Notes: generated by a model from the letters alone, not told the origin. A stretch of DNA of 63,599 nucleotides, filler included, from Anaerolineae bacterium (GCA_029262755.1; 7 parts of 7 records of this genome joined end to end with filler, not necessarily neighbours in it); one strand, 5' to 3'. Counted from the whole stretch's first letter, positions 39,121 to 49,981 are shown. Numbers and translations: made by a program.

Positions 39121-40127
39121 TGGCCCGCACGAGACCCGCGGCCGCCGCGCTCGGCCTGCGCGACCGCGCCGGCTGGGGTTTGGCCGGTGTCGCGGTCGCG
39201 TTGCTGTCCGTGGTGGTGACGGCCCTTGCGACCGTCGCGACCATGCGCGTCATGCCGCACGAGGAAGCCTGGCTGGAGGCGGACCTGCACGCCCTCGGCA
39301 CGCTCCACCACGACACGAGCCTCATCGGCTTCATCGTCCACAATCGTGTGGCCTTCGCCGGCACGCTGTTGGCCGCATCGATCCTTTACCTGTGGCTGCT
39401 ACGGGGACCGTTGCGTCGGGGCGAGGCCTGGGGCTGGTGGTGCTTCGCGCTCTCGGCCGGCCCCGGGACCCTGAGCTATCTGAGCTTTGTTACGACCGGC
39501 TATGCAGACCCCGTCCACGCGCTGGGCTCGGCCGGCATCGGCGGCATGCTCGCGCTCGGCCTTTGGGGCACGTGGCCGCGCTTGGCGGAGCCGCGAGGGC
39601 TCGTGTCCGTGCTCCGTGCCGGCTCCCCGCGCGACTGGCGCGCCTGGCCCGTGGCGGCGCGCATCGGTTGGCTCCTGTGTGCAGCCTGGTCACTGGCGAC
39701 GATCGGCGGCGGCCTGCTCGTGATCGGGACGGGCATGTTTCCCGTGTTCGTCCCCCAAGACCTGGCCTATATGCAGGCCAGCGCCGAGACCTTGAACCAG
39801 ATCAATCCCCGTCTTGTGCCGTACTTATCGCATGATCGTAGCGGCTTTGGTGGCGGACTCGTGGCGGCCGGCATTGCCGCGTTCGGTGTCGTCTGGTTTG
39901 CCTTACGACCGGGTGCGCGCAGCGCCGGCCGTGTATTGACGGGGGCGTGGGCTGTGCTCTTTGCGGGCGCCGTGCTGATCCACCCGATCGTGGGCTACAA
40001 CAGCGTGAGCCACCTGGCGCCGTTTCTGGTCAAGGACCTGACGGGCATCATCGGGCTCGGGCTGCTCCGCAATGCGCGCGCGCCGACAGGCTCAGCGCAC
40101 GAGCCTGGGCGGCGGCACGGCGCGTAG
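39120..40127 (+). CDS. Multi-pass membrane protein with an internal duplication (HNR/HDR motifs)
   Basis: TAATG overlap with the desaturase. About 8 TM segments in two homologous halves (VHNRVAFAG / SHDRSGFGG; GYADPVH / GYNSVSH). Confidence 0.8.
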   Translation: MARTRPAAAALGLRDRAGWGLAGVAVALLSVVVTALATVATMRVMPHEEAWLEADLHALGTLHHDTSLIGFIVHNRVAFAGTLLAASILYLWLLRGPLRRGEAWGWWCFALSAGPGTLSYLSFVTTGYADPVHALGSAGIGGMLALGLWGTWPRLAEPRGLVSVLRAGSPRDWRAWPVAARIGWLLCAAWSLATIGGGLLVIGTGMFPVFVPQDLAYMQASAETLNQINPRLVPYLSHDRSGFGGGLVAAGIAAFGVVWFALRPGARSAGRVLTGAWAVLFAGAVLIHPIVGYNSVSHLAPFLVKDLTGIIGLGLLRNARAPTGSAHEPGRRHGA

Positions 40128-41750
40128 GAAGAGCGTCCGCCGCGTCGCGTCGTGCACGCGTGCGCGCTCGTCTACGCGATGGCCCGGAATCCACACGATG
40201 CGTTCACCGGCCACCACGAGCGGCCATCCGTCCCGCTCCGCGGCGGGCACGCGCGCATCCGTGAAGAAGTCCTGCAACGACTTGCTGCGCCCACCCATCC
40301 CCAGCGGCTGAAAGCGTTCGCCCGGCCGTCGCCCGCGCGCGGCAAGCCCGGGCCCCATGGCCGCCACGGCGTCCGCGTCGAGCCGGGCCGACCACGCATC
40401 GCCGCGGGGAGGCTGGCCGCGCATACCGGCCGCGGTCTCGATGCGCCAGCCGCCCGGCAGGGGCGTTGTACCCGGCATTGCCAGCGCCACGGGCTCCGGT
40501 CCGAGTCGCGGCGGCGGTATCGCAGGACGCGACACCGCGCGGCCGATGCGCAGCCCTTGGCGATCGACCGCGACTCGCAGACCGCCCGGCAATTGGAGCT
40601 GCGCGGCGTTGACAGCAGGTTGGCTCGCGGTGCGAACGACCTCGTTCCCATCTGCGCTCCCCTCTGCGTTCCTATCTGCGGTCCCTTCGCGAAGTTCGCC
40701 GGCCGCATGGTCGGCGAGCGCGCGGACCGCCTCGACGTGCGCGAAGCCCAGCGCGCGCAGGTCGCCGCCGAGCCGCGCCACGGCCCGCCGAATCAGCCGG
40801 CGATGCATGGCGGCTCTTCGATCAGTCCAGCCGTCGAGACCGAGCGAAATCGATCGCGCCGCGCCGTCCGCGTGCACCTCGATCGTCGCGGCGGCGCGCC
40901 ACGCGTCGTCCTCCACGTCGTGCAGCAAGGCGTGATCGTCACCCAGCACGCGTGCCGTGCGGGCGAGGCTCGCGGCGATTCGAGGATTGAGCGCGGCCAG
41001 ATCGGGAAGCAACTCGTGCCGAATCCGGTTGCGCAAGCGAGAGGTATCCTCGTTGCTGGGATCCGGTCGCGCCTCGATGCCATGGGCCGTGCGCCAGGCG
41101 GCAACGTCCTGCCGTGACACCGCGAGCAGGGGCCGCAGCAATAGCGGCAGCTCCTCGATCCGACCCTCGGTTCGGGCGACCGTTTCGCCGTCCACGGGCC
41201 ACGGTGAGCGCGGCGCCATCGCAGACAGACCGTCGAGGCCGGCGCCGCGGATCAAGGCCATCAGCACGGTCTCCGCCTGGTCGTCCCGATGATGACCGGT
41301 CAGCACGACCGTGGCGCCAACGTCGCGTGCAACGGCGGCCAGAAAGGCGTATCGCGCCCGACGCGCCGCGCCCTCCAGCCCCTCGCCCTCCGCCGCGGCC
41401 ATCGCCGCCACATCGCGTGCGCCGAGCGAAGCCGTCAGGCCGAGTTCTTCCGCGGCACGCGCGACGAAGGCGGCGTCGGCGACGGACTCGGCGCGCAGCC
41501 CATGATCCAGGTGGGCCACGTGAAGCCGGAACGCAGGGCGTGGGGGGCGCGGCGACATTCCACCGCTGCGCACGGCCAACGCGTGAAGCGCGCCGAGGAG
41601 TGCCATCGAGTCGGAACCGCCGGAGACGGCCACCACGATCGGTGCGGCGCTTTGGTACACGCCGGCAGCGCGGAGGGCCGCGTCGAGGACCGCGGGCAGG
41701 TCCACGAAGGGCTGCGGGGTTTCCGGCGCAGCGGCCGGCGGTGAGGGCAT
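40092..41750 (-). CDS. tilS: tRNA(Ile)-lysidine synthetase
   Basis: PP-loop SGGSDS, HLDHGLR, ARRARY, TGHHRDDQAET, RPLL, DPSN...RNRIR and C-terminal K.LQDFFTD.RVP...R. Start is 41750 or 41768. Confidence 0.93.
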   Translation of the reverse strand: MPSPPAAAPETPQPFVDLPAVLDAALRAAGVYQSAAPIVVAVSGGSDSMALLGALHALAVRSGGMSPRPPRPAFRLHVAHLDHGLRAESVADAAFVARAAEELGLTASLGARDVAAMAAAEGEGLEGAARRARYAFLAAVARDVGATVVLTGHHRDDQAETVLMALIRGAGLDGLSAMAPRSPWPVDGETVARTEGRIEELPLLLRPLLAVSRQDVAAWRTAHGIEARPDPSNEDTSRLRNRIRHELLPDLAALNPRIAASLARTARVLGDDHALLHDVEDDAWRAAATIEVHADGAARSISLGLDGWTDRRAAMHRRLIRRAVARLGGDLRALGFAHVEAVRALADHAAGELREGTADRNAEGSADGNEVVRTASQPAVNAAQLQLPGGLRVAVDRQGLRIGRAVSRPAIPPPRLGPEPVALAMPGTTPLPGGWRIETAAGMRGQPPRGDAWSARLDADAVAAMGPGLAARGRRPGERFQPLGMGGRSKSLQDFFTDARVPAAERDGWPLVVAGERIVWIPGHRVDERARVHDATRRTLFLRAVPPPRLVR

Positions 41751-41938
41751 GGTCGCGATTCTAGTCATCGCCGACGTGCGCTTGCAACCATGAATCGCGT
41801 CAGAAGCCCCACTGTCCGCGCTGAAAAGGATTGGCCGGGCTCGCGGATCCGGCCTATCATTGCGCCGTTGTCCGCCGGTCGTTGCCGGCGGACCGTCGTC
41901 ATGTCCGCGCGCGACCCGCGCGAGGAGCACCGCGCACG

Positions 41939-43043
41939 ATGTTCGAGAGCCTGCAAGACAAGCTACAAGAGGTCTTCGGGGAGATGGCCCGCAAGGGTCA
42001 TCTGACCGAGGGCGACGTCGACCGTGGCATGCGCGAGTTGCGCATGGCGCTGCTCGAAGCCGACGTTGCCTTTGGCGTCGTCAAGGAGCTTGTTGCACGC
42101 GTCAAGGAGCGCGCGATCGGCGCCGAGGTGGCGCGATCGCTGACCCCCGCGCAGCAGGTCGTCAAGATCCTGCACGAGGAGTTGATCGAGACCCTCGGGC
42201 AGTCCGCCCCGCTGGATATTGGCCGCGGCCAGCCTCCGGTCATTTTGATGGCGGGACTGCAGGGCGCAGGCAAGACCACTACCGCGGCCAAGTTGGCGCT
42301 GCGTCTACGCAAGAAGGGCAAGCGCCCCTTGCTGGTCGCGTGTGACACGCGCCGGCCCGCGGCCATCGAGCAGCTGGAAGCGCTGGGCAAACAGCTCGAC
42401 GTGGCGGTGTACAGCGAGGGGCCGGAACCGTCGCCACCGGATATCGCGGAGCGCGGCGTCGAGCATGCACGGCGCATGGCGCACGACGTCGTGCTGGTCG
42501 ACACGAGCGGCCGGCTGCAGATCGACGACGCGTTGATGGACGAGATCGCCGAGATCTCGCGGCGCGTCGAGCCCGTCGAGACGCTGCTTGTGACCGACGC
42601 CATGACGGGACAGGAGGCGGTAAACGTCGCCGCGGCCTTCCACGAGCGACTCGCGCTCACGGGGCTGATCCTGACCAAGATCGACGGCGATGCACGCGGT
42701 GGGGCCGCGCTATCCATGCGGGCCGTGACGGGCGTCCCGATCAAGTTCCTCGGCACGGGCGAGAAGCCTGGCGCCCTGGAGGCTTTCGAGCCCGAGCGAC
42801 TCGCGGGCAGAATCCTTGGCCAGGGTGACGTCCTCAGCTTGATCGAGCGCGCCGAGGCCGCGATCGACATGGATGAGGACGAAGCGGCGCGGATGGAGAA
42901 GCGCCTACGCAAGGGCAAACTCGACCTCGAGGATTTCCTCAAGCAGTTGGGGCAACTACAGCGGATGGGTCCGCTGCAAGACGTGCTCAAGATGATTCCA
43001 GGCGTAGGCAAGGCAATGCGGCAAACGCCGGTCGAGGTCGACG
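41939..43043 (+). CDS. ffh: Signal recognition particle protein (3' truncated)
   Basis: Motifs MFESL, ALLEADV, GLQGAGKTT, DTSGR, TKIDGDARGGAALS and M-domain LEDF..Q...MGP. Confidence 0.96.
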
Positions 43044-43143
43044 NNNNNNNNNNNNNNNNNNNNNNNNNNNNNNNNNNNNNNNNNNNNTTAATTAATTAAN
43101 NNNNNNNNNNNNNNNNNNNNNNNNNNNNNNNNNNNNNNNNNNN
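43044..43143. other. Artificial contig linker
   Basis: N44-TTAATTAATTAA-N44. Confidence 0.99.
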
Positions 43144-43212
43144 CGACGCGAAGCTGCTCTCGCTCTCCCGAGGCCGTGATCCGCAACGGCGCGTGCGCGT
43201 GTACCGACCCGA

Positions 43213-44010
43213 GTGAGTGATTCGAGCGCCGGCCCGCGCTTCGATCCCGCGTCCTCCCCGCCCTCTTTACCGGTCGGGGGCTGCCTGATCACCTTCGAGG
43301 GCGGGGAAGGCGCCGGAAAGTCGACCGTGATCCCCACGCTGCGTGCACGTCTCGAGGCGACCGGCCGTGAGGTCGTCGTCACCCGCGAGCCGGGTGGCAC
43401 GCCCTTGGGCGAACGCATCCGTGGCCTCCTACTTGACCCCGCCGGCGACGCGCCGGGCCCCGAGGCGGAAGCGCTGCTCTTTTGCGCCGCGCGTTCCGAG
43501 CTCGTGCGGCGCGTCCTTCGCCCTGCGCTCGAGCGCGGCGCGGTCGTCCTATGCGACCGCTATGCGGACTCGACCCTAGCCTACCAAGGCTATGGCCGTG
43601 GCCTTCCGCTCGAGCGCTTGCATGCGCTCAACGCTGTGGCGACGGGCGGACTTCGTCCGCACCTGACCCTGCTGCTGGACCTGTCCGTCGCGGAAGGCAT
43701 GGCACGCCGTCGCGACGATGTCGGCGATCTGGACCGCCTCGACAGCGAGGCGCGCTCCTTCCACGAACGCGTGCACGCAGGCTTCCTGGCCCTCGCCTCG
43801 GCCGAGCCCGAACGGTGGACGGTCCTCGATGCCACGCGAACGCCCGCTACCGTAGCCGAGGACGCATGGACCGCCGCGCTGGCATCGCTTGGTCCCAGCG
43901 TAGGCGCGGGCGATAGTGCGAGCGCACGCGCTGCGAAGGGCGAGAGCAACGCGGACGATCGCGCGCGGTTTGGACAGGAGCGGGACCGTGCGGCATCATC
44001 GCCCGGTTAA
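43213..44010 (+). CDS. tmk: Thymidylate kinase
   Basis: Motifs ITFEGGEGAGKST, TREPGGT and CDRYADSTLAYQG. Confidence 0.95.
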   Translation: MSDSSAGPRFDPASSPPSLPVGGCLITFEGGEGAGKSTVIPTLRARLEATGREVVVTREPGGTPLGERIRGLLLDPAGDAPGPEAEALLFCAARSELVRRVLRPALERGAVVLCDRYADSTLAYQGYGRGLPLERLHALNAVATGGLRPHLTLLLDLSVAEGMARRRDDVGDLDRLDSEARSFHERVHAGFLALASAEPERWTVLDATRTPATVAEDAWTAALASLGPSVGAGDSASARAAKGESNADDRARFGQERDRAASSPG

Positions 44011-44044
44011 CCCCTACCGCTACAAAGAGGCCAGCGAGGACCGC

Positions 44045-44845
44045 GTGACTCAGCCTGACCCTACTGCCGGGCTTCCCGGAGAACGCATCGAATCCCCCGC
44101 ATCGCGCAACGGCGGACGCACGTCCTTGGCCCACGATCCTCGGGTCGATGAGCGCAGCGATTCGCAGCCCGATGACATGGACCGCGACGCGGACGCCGTC
44201 TCCCCGCATGTGGGCGACCAGGCCGAGCAGCTCATCGCACGCTACGCGGATCCGCGGCCGCTCTTGATCGTCATCTCGGGACCCTCCGGCGTCGGGAAGG
44301 ACGAGACGCTCAAGGCCATGGACGACCGCGGCCACCCCTTCCATTTCGTGGTCACCGCGACCACGCGCCCGCGGCGCGAGGGCGAGGTGGACGGACGTGA
44401 CTACCACTTCGTCGGCGTCGGCGACTTCGCCGAGATGATCGAGGACGGGGAGCTGCTCGAGTACGCGCTCGTGTACGGCGACTACAAGGGAATCCCCAAA
44501 CAGCAGGTGCGCGACGCGCTCGCATCGGGCAAAGACGTCGTGCTGCGCATCGACGTTCAAGGTGCGCGCACCATCCGCAAGCTGGCCCCAGAGGCGCTGC
44601 TGATCTTCCTGGTGGCCGAGAGCATCGACGAGCTACGCCGACGCCTGCTCGATCGCAAGAGCGAGCCGCCGGACCAGCTAAAGATGCGCATCGCCACGGC
44701 GCGCGAAGAGACCAAGGTTGTCGACGAATTCGACTACGTCGTGGTCAACCGCCGCGACCGTCTCAGCGAGACCGTAGACACGCTTCTGTCGATCATCGCC
44801 GCGGAGAAACACAAGGTGCAACGCCGCGAAGTCCCCGATCTCTAA
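44045..44845 (+). CDS. gmk: Guanylate kinase
   Basis: Motifs ISGPSGVGK, TTRPRREGEVDGRDYHF, IDVQGA and FDYVVVN. Start uncertain because of an N-terminal extension. Confidence 0.93.
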   Translation: MTQPDPTAGLPGERIESPASRNGGRTSLAHDPRVDERSDSQPDDMDRDADAVSPHVGDQAEQLIARYADPRPLLIVISGPSGVGKDETLKAMDDRGHPFHFVVTATTRPRREGEVDGRDYHFVGVGDFAEMIEDGELLEYALVYGDYKGIPKQQVRDALASGKDVVLRIDVQGARTIRKLAPEALLIFLVAESIDELRRRLLDRKSEPPDQLKMRIATAREETKVVDEFDYVVVNRRDRLSETVDTLLSIIAAEKHKVQRREVPDL

Positions 44846-45124
44846 GGGCGCGTCCTTTCCCGCGGTGACCGGACAAAGGGTGCCGCAGGGCCGCTCTCAT
44901 GGCCTGATTATACGAGCGAATCGCGCAACGATCACTGAGGAACCGTAGGGCGCTGGCGCGATTTGCAGCGCTAGCCGGCATGGTGCGGTTCGTTCGGGGA
45001 CGCAGCCACTGCGCTCGTCTCCGCAAGGGAAGGCCTCCATCATCGTGGGACGGACTCGAGTCCGAGTCCCGATCCTCCGGCGCGGACGAAGCGATCCCGA
45101 TCACCCCTTGAGCGAGATGCGTCC

Positions 45125-48100
45125 GTGACGAAGCCTAACTCGCAGGCGCAGCCAAAGGCCGCGCTCGCCTCTTCCACCGCACCTAGCCCAGCCTGGGCCT
45201 ACGCCGACGTAGCCGTGGACGTTCCTGGAGCGCGACCCGCCAAGGGCGGTCGCGCAGCCCAAGTGTCGGGCGGGCGTCCGTCGACGTTCACGTACCGGAT
45301 CCCCGCGCCACTCCTAGGAACCGTTCGACCCGGGCACGTGGTTTGGGTGCCCTTCGGCCGCCAACGGCTACAGGGCATCGTGGTCGCCCTTGCCCGCGCG
45401 ACAACCCTCGACCGCGTTCGTGACATCGAGTCACTCGTGGACGATCGCCCGCACCTGACCCCACCGGGCATTGCCTTGGCGCGCTGGATCGCGGCCTACT
45501 ACCACGCCCCGTTCTTCGCCGCGCTGCGACTGCTCCTGCCACCAGGCGGTCTCGGCCGCTCCGTGCGCCGCTATCGGCGCACGGATGTGCCGATTCCCGC
45601 AGCAACACTGGATCCCGCGACATCGCCGGCGACAAGCAAGGTGCTCGCGCTCTTCGGACGAAAGCGGGTGGTCGACGCGGCGCGCATCCGCGCCGCCGTG
45701 CACCGCCCGGAAGGCGCGCTCGAGGCGCTCGTCGCCGCGGGCCTGCTCGAGAGCGAGGTGATCGAACGCGGCCCCCGCGTTGCGGCTCGGACTCAGATCC
45801 ATGCCCGGCGAATTGACGTCGAGCCCGGCGAGGTCGAGAAGCGTCTGCGCAGCGTGCGATCCCGGGCATCGGCAGACGTCCTCGCCTTTCTCGGACAACC
45901 CGACGTGACGCTTCCCGCGCCGAGCGTGGTGCGCGACGCGACCGGTGCCAAGCCCGCTGTCTTGAAGCGTTTGGTCGAGGACGGCTTGATCGCGCTGACG
46001 GAGCCGGCGGCTTGGCTGACGTCCGCCCTCCAGCCACGGGACGTCGATGCGCTTGCGGCCGACGAGCTTGCGCGCGCCGCCGCGCAGGAGCGCCTCCTGC
46101 GCCACGTCGCATCCGCCGCCGGCCCTGTCGAGCGCGCCGCGGCCTTGAAGGCCGCCGACGCGACGCCCGCGGCGCTCGCACGCCTGCTGGAACGCGGCTG
46201 GCTACAGCTTCACGAGACCGAGGGCGAGGTGGCTCCCACCGTGCGCGGCGCACGCCTGCGCGCGGCCGAGCGAGCCGCGCGCGGCGTTGCGGCCCACGCC
46301 GAGGCGCTCGACTATCTCGCCGCCGTGGGTGGTGCGGCGCCGGCCGCCGACGTGAAGCGTGACACATCGGCGACCAAGAAGACGTTGGACGACCTGGTCG
46401 CGCTCGATCTACTCGAGCTGGGCGATGCACGCATCTGGCGCGATCCTATGCTCGGGCGCGCGGGCGAGACGGGTCCCCCGCCGCCGCTCACCGAAGATCA
46501 GACGCGCGCGTGGGAGAAGGTCGCCCCCTTGCTTGGCCAGCTACCGCTCATCGCGGGTGGCGGGGCCGAAGGCATGCCGGCCATGTCTTTCGGCGCGCGC
46601 CCGCGCGTATGCCTGCTGCGCGGCGTGACCGGCAGCGGCAAGACGGAAGTGTACTTGCGCGCCATCGAGCACGTGCTCTTCCAGGGCGGGCAGGCGATCG
46701 TCCTCGTGCCCGAGATCGCGCTCACGCCGCAGACGGTCGCGCGCTTCGCCGGCCGCTTCCCCGGCCGCGTCGGCCTCTGGCACTCTGGCCTGTCGGACGG
46801 CGAGCGCCTCGACACCTGGCAGCGCGCCCGCGACGGCCTGCTCGACGTGATCGTCGGCTCGCGCTCCGCCCTCTTCGCCCCCCTACGCCGCCTCGGCCTC
46901 ATCGTCCTCGACGAAGAGCACGCCGATGCCTACAAGCAGAGCAGCACCCCTCGCTACCACGCGCGCGACGTAGCGACCCGCCGCGCGGCGCTCGAGGGCG
47001 CGGTCGTGATCCTGGGCAGCGCGACGCCCTCGGTACCGTCCATGCACGCCGCCCTTGCCGGCCGCTGGACGCTCGCGGAGCTGCCGCGCCGGGTCGTGAC
47101 GAAGCAACCGGTTGCGGCAGCGCCCGGCGACGCTCCCCCCACACGCGCCGGCGTCGCCGAGCTGACCGCCACCCTGCCGCCCGTGCGCATCGTCGATATG
47201 CGTGCGGAACTGCGAGCGGGCAACACGTCGATGTTCAGCGCGCCGCTGCACGCCAGCCTGCGCAAGGCCTTGGACCAAGGCGATCAGGCCATCTTGTTCC
47301 TCAACCGCCGCGGCTCGGCCACGTTCGTCTTATGTCGAGACTGCGGCCACGTGATGCGCTGTCCGCATTGCGCGGTCCCCCTCACGTGGCATCGCCCGCC
47401 GGCCCGCAAGGCGGACCCCGGCACGCTACGCTGCCACCACTGCGACCATGCGGAACCGCCGCCGATGCTCTGCCCCGGCTGCGGCGGGCGGCGCATCCGC
47501 TACTTCGGCGTCGGTACGGAAAAGGTCGAGGAAGCCACCCGGGCGGCATTCCCGGACGCCCGCGTTCTGCGCTGGGACGCAGACACGACCACCACCAAAG
47601 GCTCGCACGAAGCCATCCTCGCCCGCTTCGCCGGTGGCGAGGCCGACATTCTCGTGGGCACTCAGATGATCACCAAGGGCCTCGATCTTCCGCTCGTGAC
47701 GCTCGTCGGCGTCATCTCGGCCGACACCTCCCTGCACTTCCCCGACTTCCGCGCCAGCGAGCGTGCGTTCCAGCTGCTCAGCCAGGTGGCCGGTCGTGCC
47801 GGCCGCAGCGACCGCGGCGGCCAGGTGATCTTTCAGACCTACACGCCCGACAACGCCACCATCGTCGCCGCCGCCCGCCACGATTACGCAGCCTTCTACG
47901 AGCGCGAGCTCGCCTTCCGCCGCCAACACGCCTACCCGCCCTTCCGCCACCTTGTCCGCCTCGAAACGCGCACCGAACGCGACGACGCGGGCCGCTCGGC
48001 CGCCATCGAGCTGGCGCGTTCGCTGCGTGCCGAGATCGCAAGGCTCGGCCTTCCGGACACCGACATCATCGGCCCGGCACCGCCCTTTTTCCACCGCGTG

Positions 48101-48217
48101 CGCGGCGGCTACCGTTGGCAGGTCGTCATCCGCTCGCCGGACCCGCACGCGCTGCTGGACGTGCTCACGCTCCCTCCCGGTTGGCGGGTAGACGTGGATC
48201 CGGTGGACCTGTTGTGA
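45125..48217 (+). CDS. priA: Primosomal protein N' (replication restart helicase)
   Basis: Motifs VWVPFG, GVTGSGKTEVY, LVPEIALTPQ, DEEH, four CxxC zinc ligands, QVAGRAGR and DVDP at the C-terminus. Confidence 0.95.
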   Translation: MTKPNSQAQPKAALASSTAPSPAWAYADVAVDVPGARPAKGGRAAQVSGGRPSTFTYRIPAPLLGTVRPGHVVWVPFGRQRLQGIVVALARATTLDRVRDIESLVDDRPHLTPPGIALARWIAAYYHAPFFAALRLLLPPGGLGRSVRRYRRTDVPIPAATLDPATSPATSKVLALFGRKRVVDAARIRAAVHRPEGALEALVAAGLLESEVIERGPRVAARTQIHARRIDVEPGEVEKRLRSVRSRASADVLAFLGQPDVTLPAPSVVRDATGAKPAVLKRLVEDGLIALTEPAAWLTSALQPRDVDALAADELARAAAQERLLRHVASAAGPVERAAALKAADATPAALARLLERGWLQLHETEGEVAPTVRGARLRAAERAARGVAAHAEALDYLAAVGGAAPAADVKRDTSATKKTLDDLVALDLLELGDARIWRDPMLGRAGETGPPPPLTEDQTRAWEKVAPLLGQLPLIAGGGAEGMPAMSFGARPRVCLLRGVTGSGKTEVYLRAIEHVLFQGGQAIVLVPEIALTPQTVARFAGRFPGRVGLWHSGLSDGERLDTWQRARDGLLDVIVGSRSALFAPLRRLGLIVLDEEHADAYKQSSTPRYHARDVATRRAALEGAVVILGSATPSVPSMHAALAGRWTLAELPRRVVTKQPVAAAPGDAPPTRAGVAELTATLPPVRIVDMRAELRAGNTSMFSAPLHASLRKALDQGDQAILFLNRRGSATFVLCRDCGHVMRCPHCAVPLTWHRPPARKADPGTLRCHHCDHAEPPPMLCPGCGGRRIRYFGVGTEKVEEATRAAFPDARVLRWDADTTTTKGSHEAILARFAGGEADILVGTQMITKGLDLPLVTLVGVISADTSLHFPDFRASERAFQLLSQVAGRAGRSDRGGQVIFQTYTPDNATIVAAARHDYAAFYERELAFRRQHAYPPFRHLVRLETRTERDDAGRSAAIELARSLRAEIARLGLPDTDIIGPAPPFFHRVRGGYRWQVVIRSPDPHALLDVLTLPPGWRVDVDPVDLL

Positions 48218-48254
48218 GTCGGACGTTTCGAACCCCATCCCAAGGAGACACTGC

Positions 48255-48740
48255 ATGAATGCCGACGCCTTCCGTCATCTGTACGCCTATCACCTCGCCG
48301 AGAACCGCAAGCTTTGGGACATCGCCGTCACGCATCTCTCCGAGGACCAATTTCGGCAGCCGAACGGGTACTCCCTCGGGTCGATCCGGAACCAATTCGT
48401 GCACCTGATGGACGTCGACAGCGCCTGGTTCGGCGATCTGCGCGGCGCGGCGGTTCCCGGCGCGTTCGAAACGCCGGACGATATGGATCGAACGGCTATC
48501 CGCGCCCAGTGGGATGCCGTCGAAGGGTTCATGAACGCCTACCTAGCGGACCTGCGTGACGACATGCTCGCGGACACACCGCTCGAGGGCGAGGATGCGG
48601 CTCTGAAGCTGTGGCAGGTCTTGCTCCACGTGGCCAATCACGGCACGGATCATCGGGCCCAGATCCTGCGGCTGATGGCCGACGCAGGCGTCCGGACGCC
48701 GCCGCAGGACTACATCTTCTACGTGTACGGCAACCCGTAA
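48255..48740 (+). CDS. DinB family protein
   Basis: SIRNQFVH and LLHVANHGTDHRAQ. AAGGAG RBS. Confidence 0.88.
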   Translation: MNADAFRHLYAYHLAENRKLWDIAVTHLSEDQFRQPNGYSLGSIRNQFVHLMDVDSAWFGDLRGAAVPGAFETPDDMDRTAIRAQWDAVEGFMNAYLADLRDDMLADTPLEGEDAALKLWQVLLHVANHGTDHRAQILRLMADAGVRTPPQDYIFYVYGNP

Positions 48741-48838
48741 TCCCATCGTGGACGTCGACGCACACGTCGGTGCCCCTCGGAGCCGGGCGACCTCGAGCCT
48801 GACGTTGCGAGCCCGACGTTGCGAGCCCGCGCCGACGT

Positions 48839-49861
48839 CTATGGGCGACTCCGACCCCTGCCACCGCGCAGCGCCGCCACCCCCACCGCGAGCGGCAGCC
48901 AGAAGTTCACCCCACGAAACGCGATCGCCACCGCGGTCGCGGACGCGCCGGTAACGCCGAGTCCGGTGAATGCGGCCGCCATCGCGCCTTCGACGAGCCC
49001 GATGCCTTGGGGCGTGATCGGGACGACCCAGAACAACGTGCCCAGGGCGTAGCCGGCAATCATGGGGCCCGCGTCGATCGCCACGTCGAAGGCTGCGAAG
49101 ACGGCGCGCAGGCAGGCCAGGTCCAGGGCGTAGGCCAGGAGGCCCCAGCACCACGCGACGAGCACCGCGCCCGGGGCAGCCCACACCGCACGCGCCGCGT
49201 CCCCGAGCTCCGCGGAGACCGACCCGCTCCACGTCGCCGGACGCGCCTCGGGACGCCAACGCGCCCGCCAACGTTCGTGGAGGGCCTCGGCCCGTGCCAG
49301 CCACGCCGCGAGGCGCGCGGGCGCGCGCGCCGCAAGCGCGAGCAGCGCCAGATGCGCGCCTGCGACCACCGCCACCGCGACGACGCCCACGATCGCGCCG
49401 CCCGGCACGAGCGTCGCCGACACGCCATCGCCGCCGCCGAGCAGGACGACGGCGAGGATCATCACGACCAAGAACGAGGAGAAGCTGAGCGCGCGGCCAA
49501 GGACGAGCCCCGCCGCCGAGCGCGCAGGCGGCAGACCGCGTTGCGCGAGACGGTCGACCATCCACGTCGTGCCGGTGGCGCCTCCGGAGGGCGCGGCGAC
49601 ATTGACCGCCATGGCGCCCAGGTAGGTCGGCGCCATCGTCGCCACCGTCGTCTGCGCACCCGCGACGGCGAGCGACGCACGGTACAGCGCCGCGGTCGCG
49701 AGCTGGAAGCCCGCTTGGAGCAAGAGTGCGGCGGCGAGCCAGCCGAGTTTCGCGGCGGACCATGCAGCCCAGACGGCGCCGAGTTCCGCGCGTTGCCGGT
49801 AGGCAAACCAGAGCGCAGCAGCGGCGACGAGGGCGAGCAACCAGCGTCGCACGGGCAGCAC
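48839..49861 (-). CDS. Lysylphosphatidylglycerol synthase TM / flippase-like (UPF0104) membrane protein
   Basis: Multi-TM. Motifs N..APSGG..G, PITPQGIGLVE and AFRGVNFWLP. Confidence 0.85.
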   Translation of the reverse strand: MLPVRRWLLALVAAAALWFAYRQRAELGAVWAAWSAAKLGWLAAALLLQAGFQLATAALYRASLAVAGAQTTVATMAPTYLGAMAVNVAAPSGGATGTTWMVDRLAQRGLPPARSAAGLVLGRALSFSSFLVVMILAVVLLGGGDGVSATLVPGGAIVGVVAVAVVAGAHLALLALAARAPARLAAWLARAEALHERWRARWRPEARPATWSGSVSAELGDAARAVWAAPGAVLVAWCWGLLAYALDLACLRAVFAAFDVAIDAGPMIAGYALGTLFWVVPITPQGIGLVEGAMAAAFTGLGVTGASATAVAIAFRGVNFWLPLAVGVAALRGGRGRSRP

Positions 49862-49981
49862 GCTCCAGGGGTCTCGTTCGAGGTCGGGTCGCCGAATCCA
49901 GGCCGGACGCCCGGATCCTAGCGTGAATCGCGCGGCGCGTCAGGCCATTCGCCCTCGCGGGGCTTCAAGAGCAAGCCCCGT

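Noticed and set aside
40092..40127. 36-nt convergent 3' overlap between tilS and the membrane protein gene
   Set aside because: Short tail-to-tail overlaps are common in GC-rich genomes, and nothing suggests a function.
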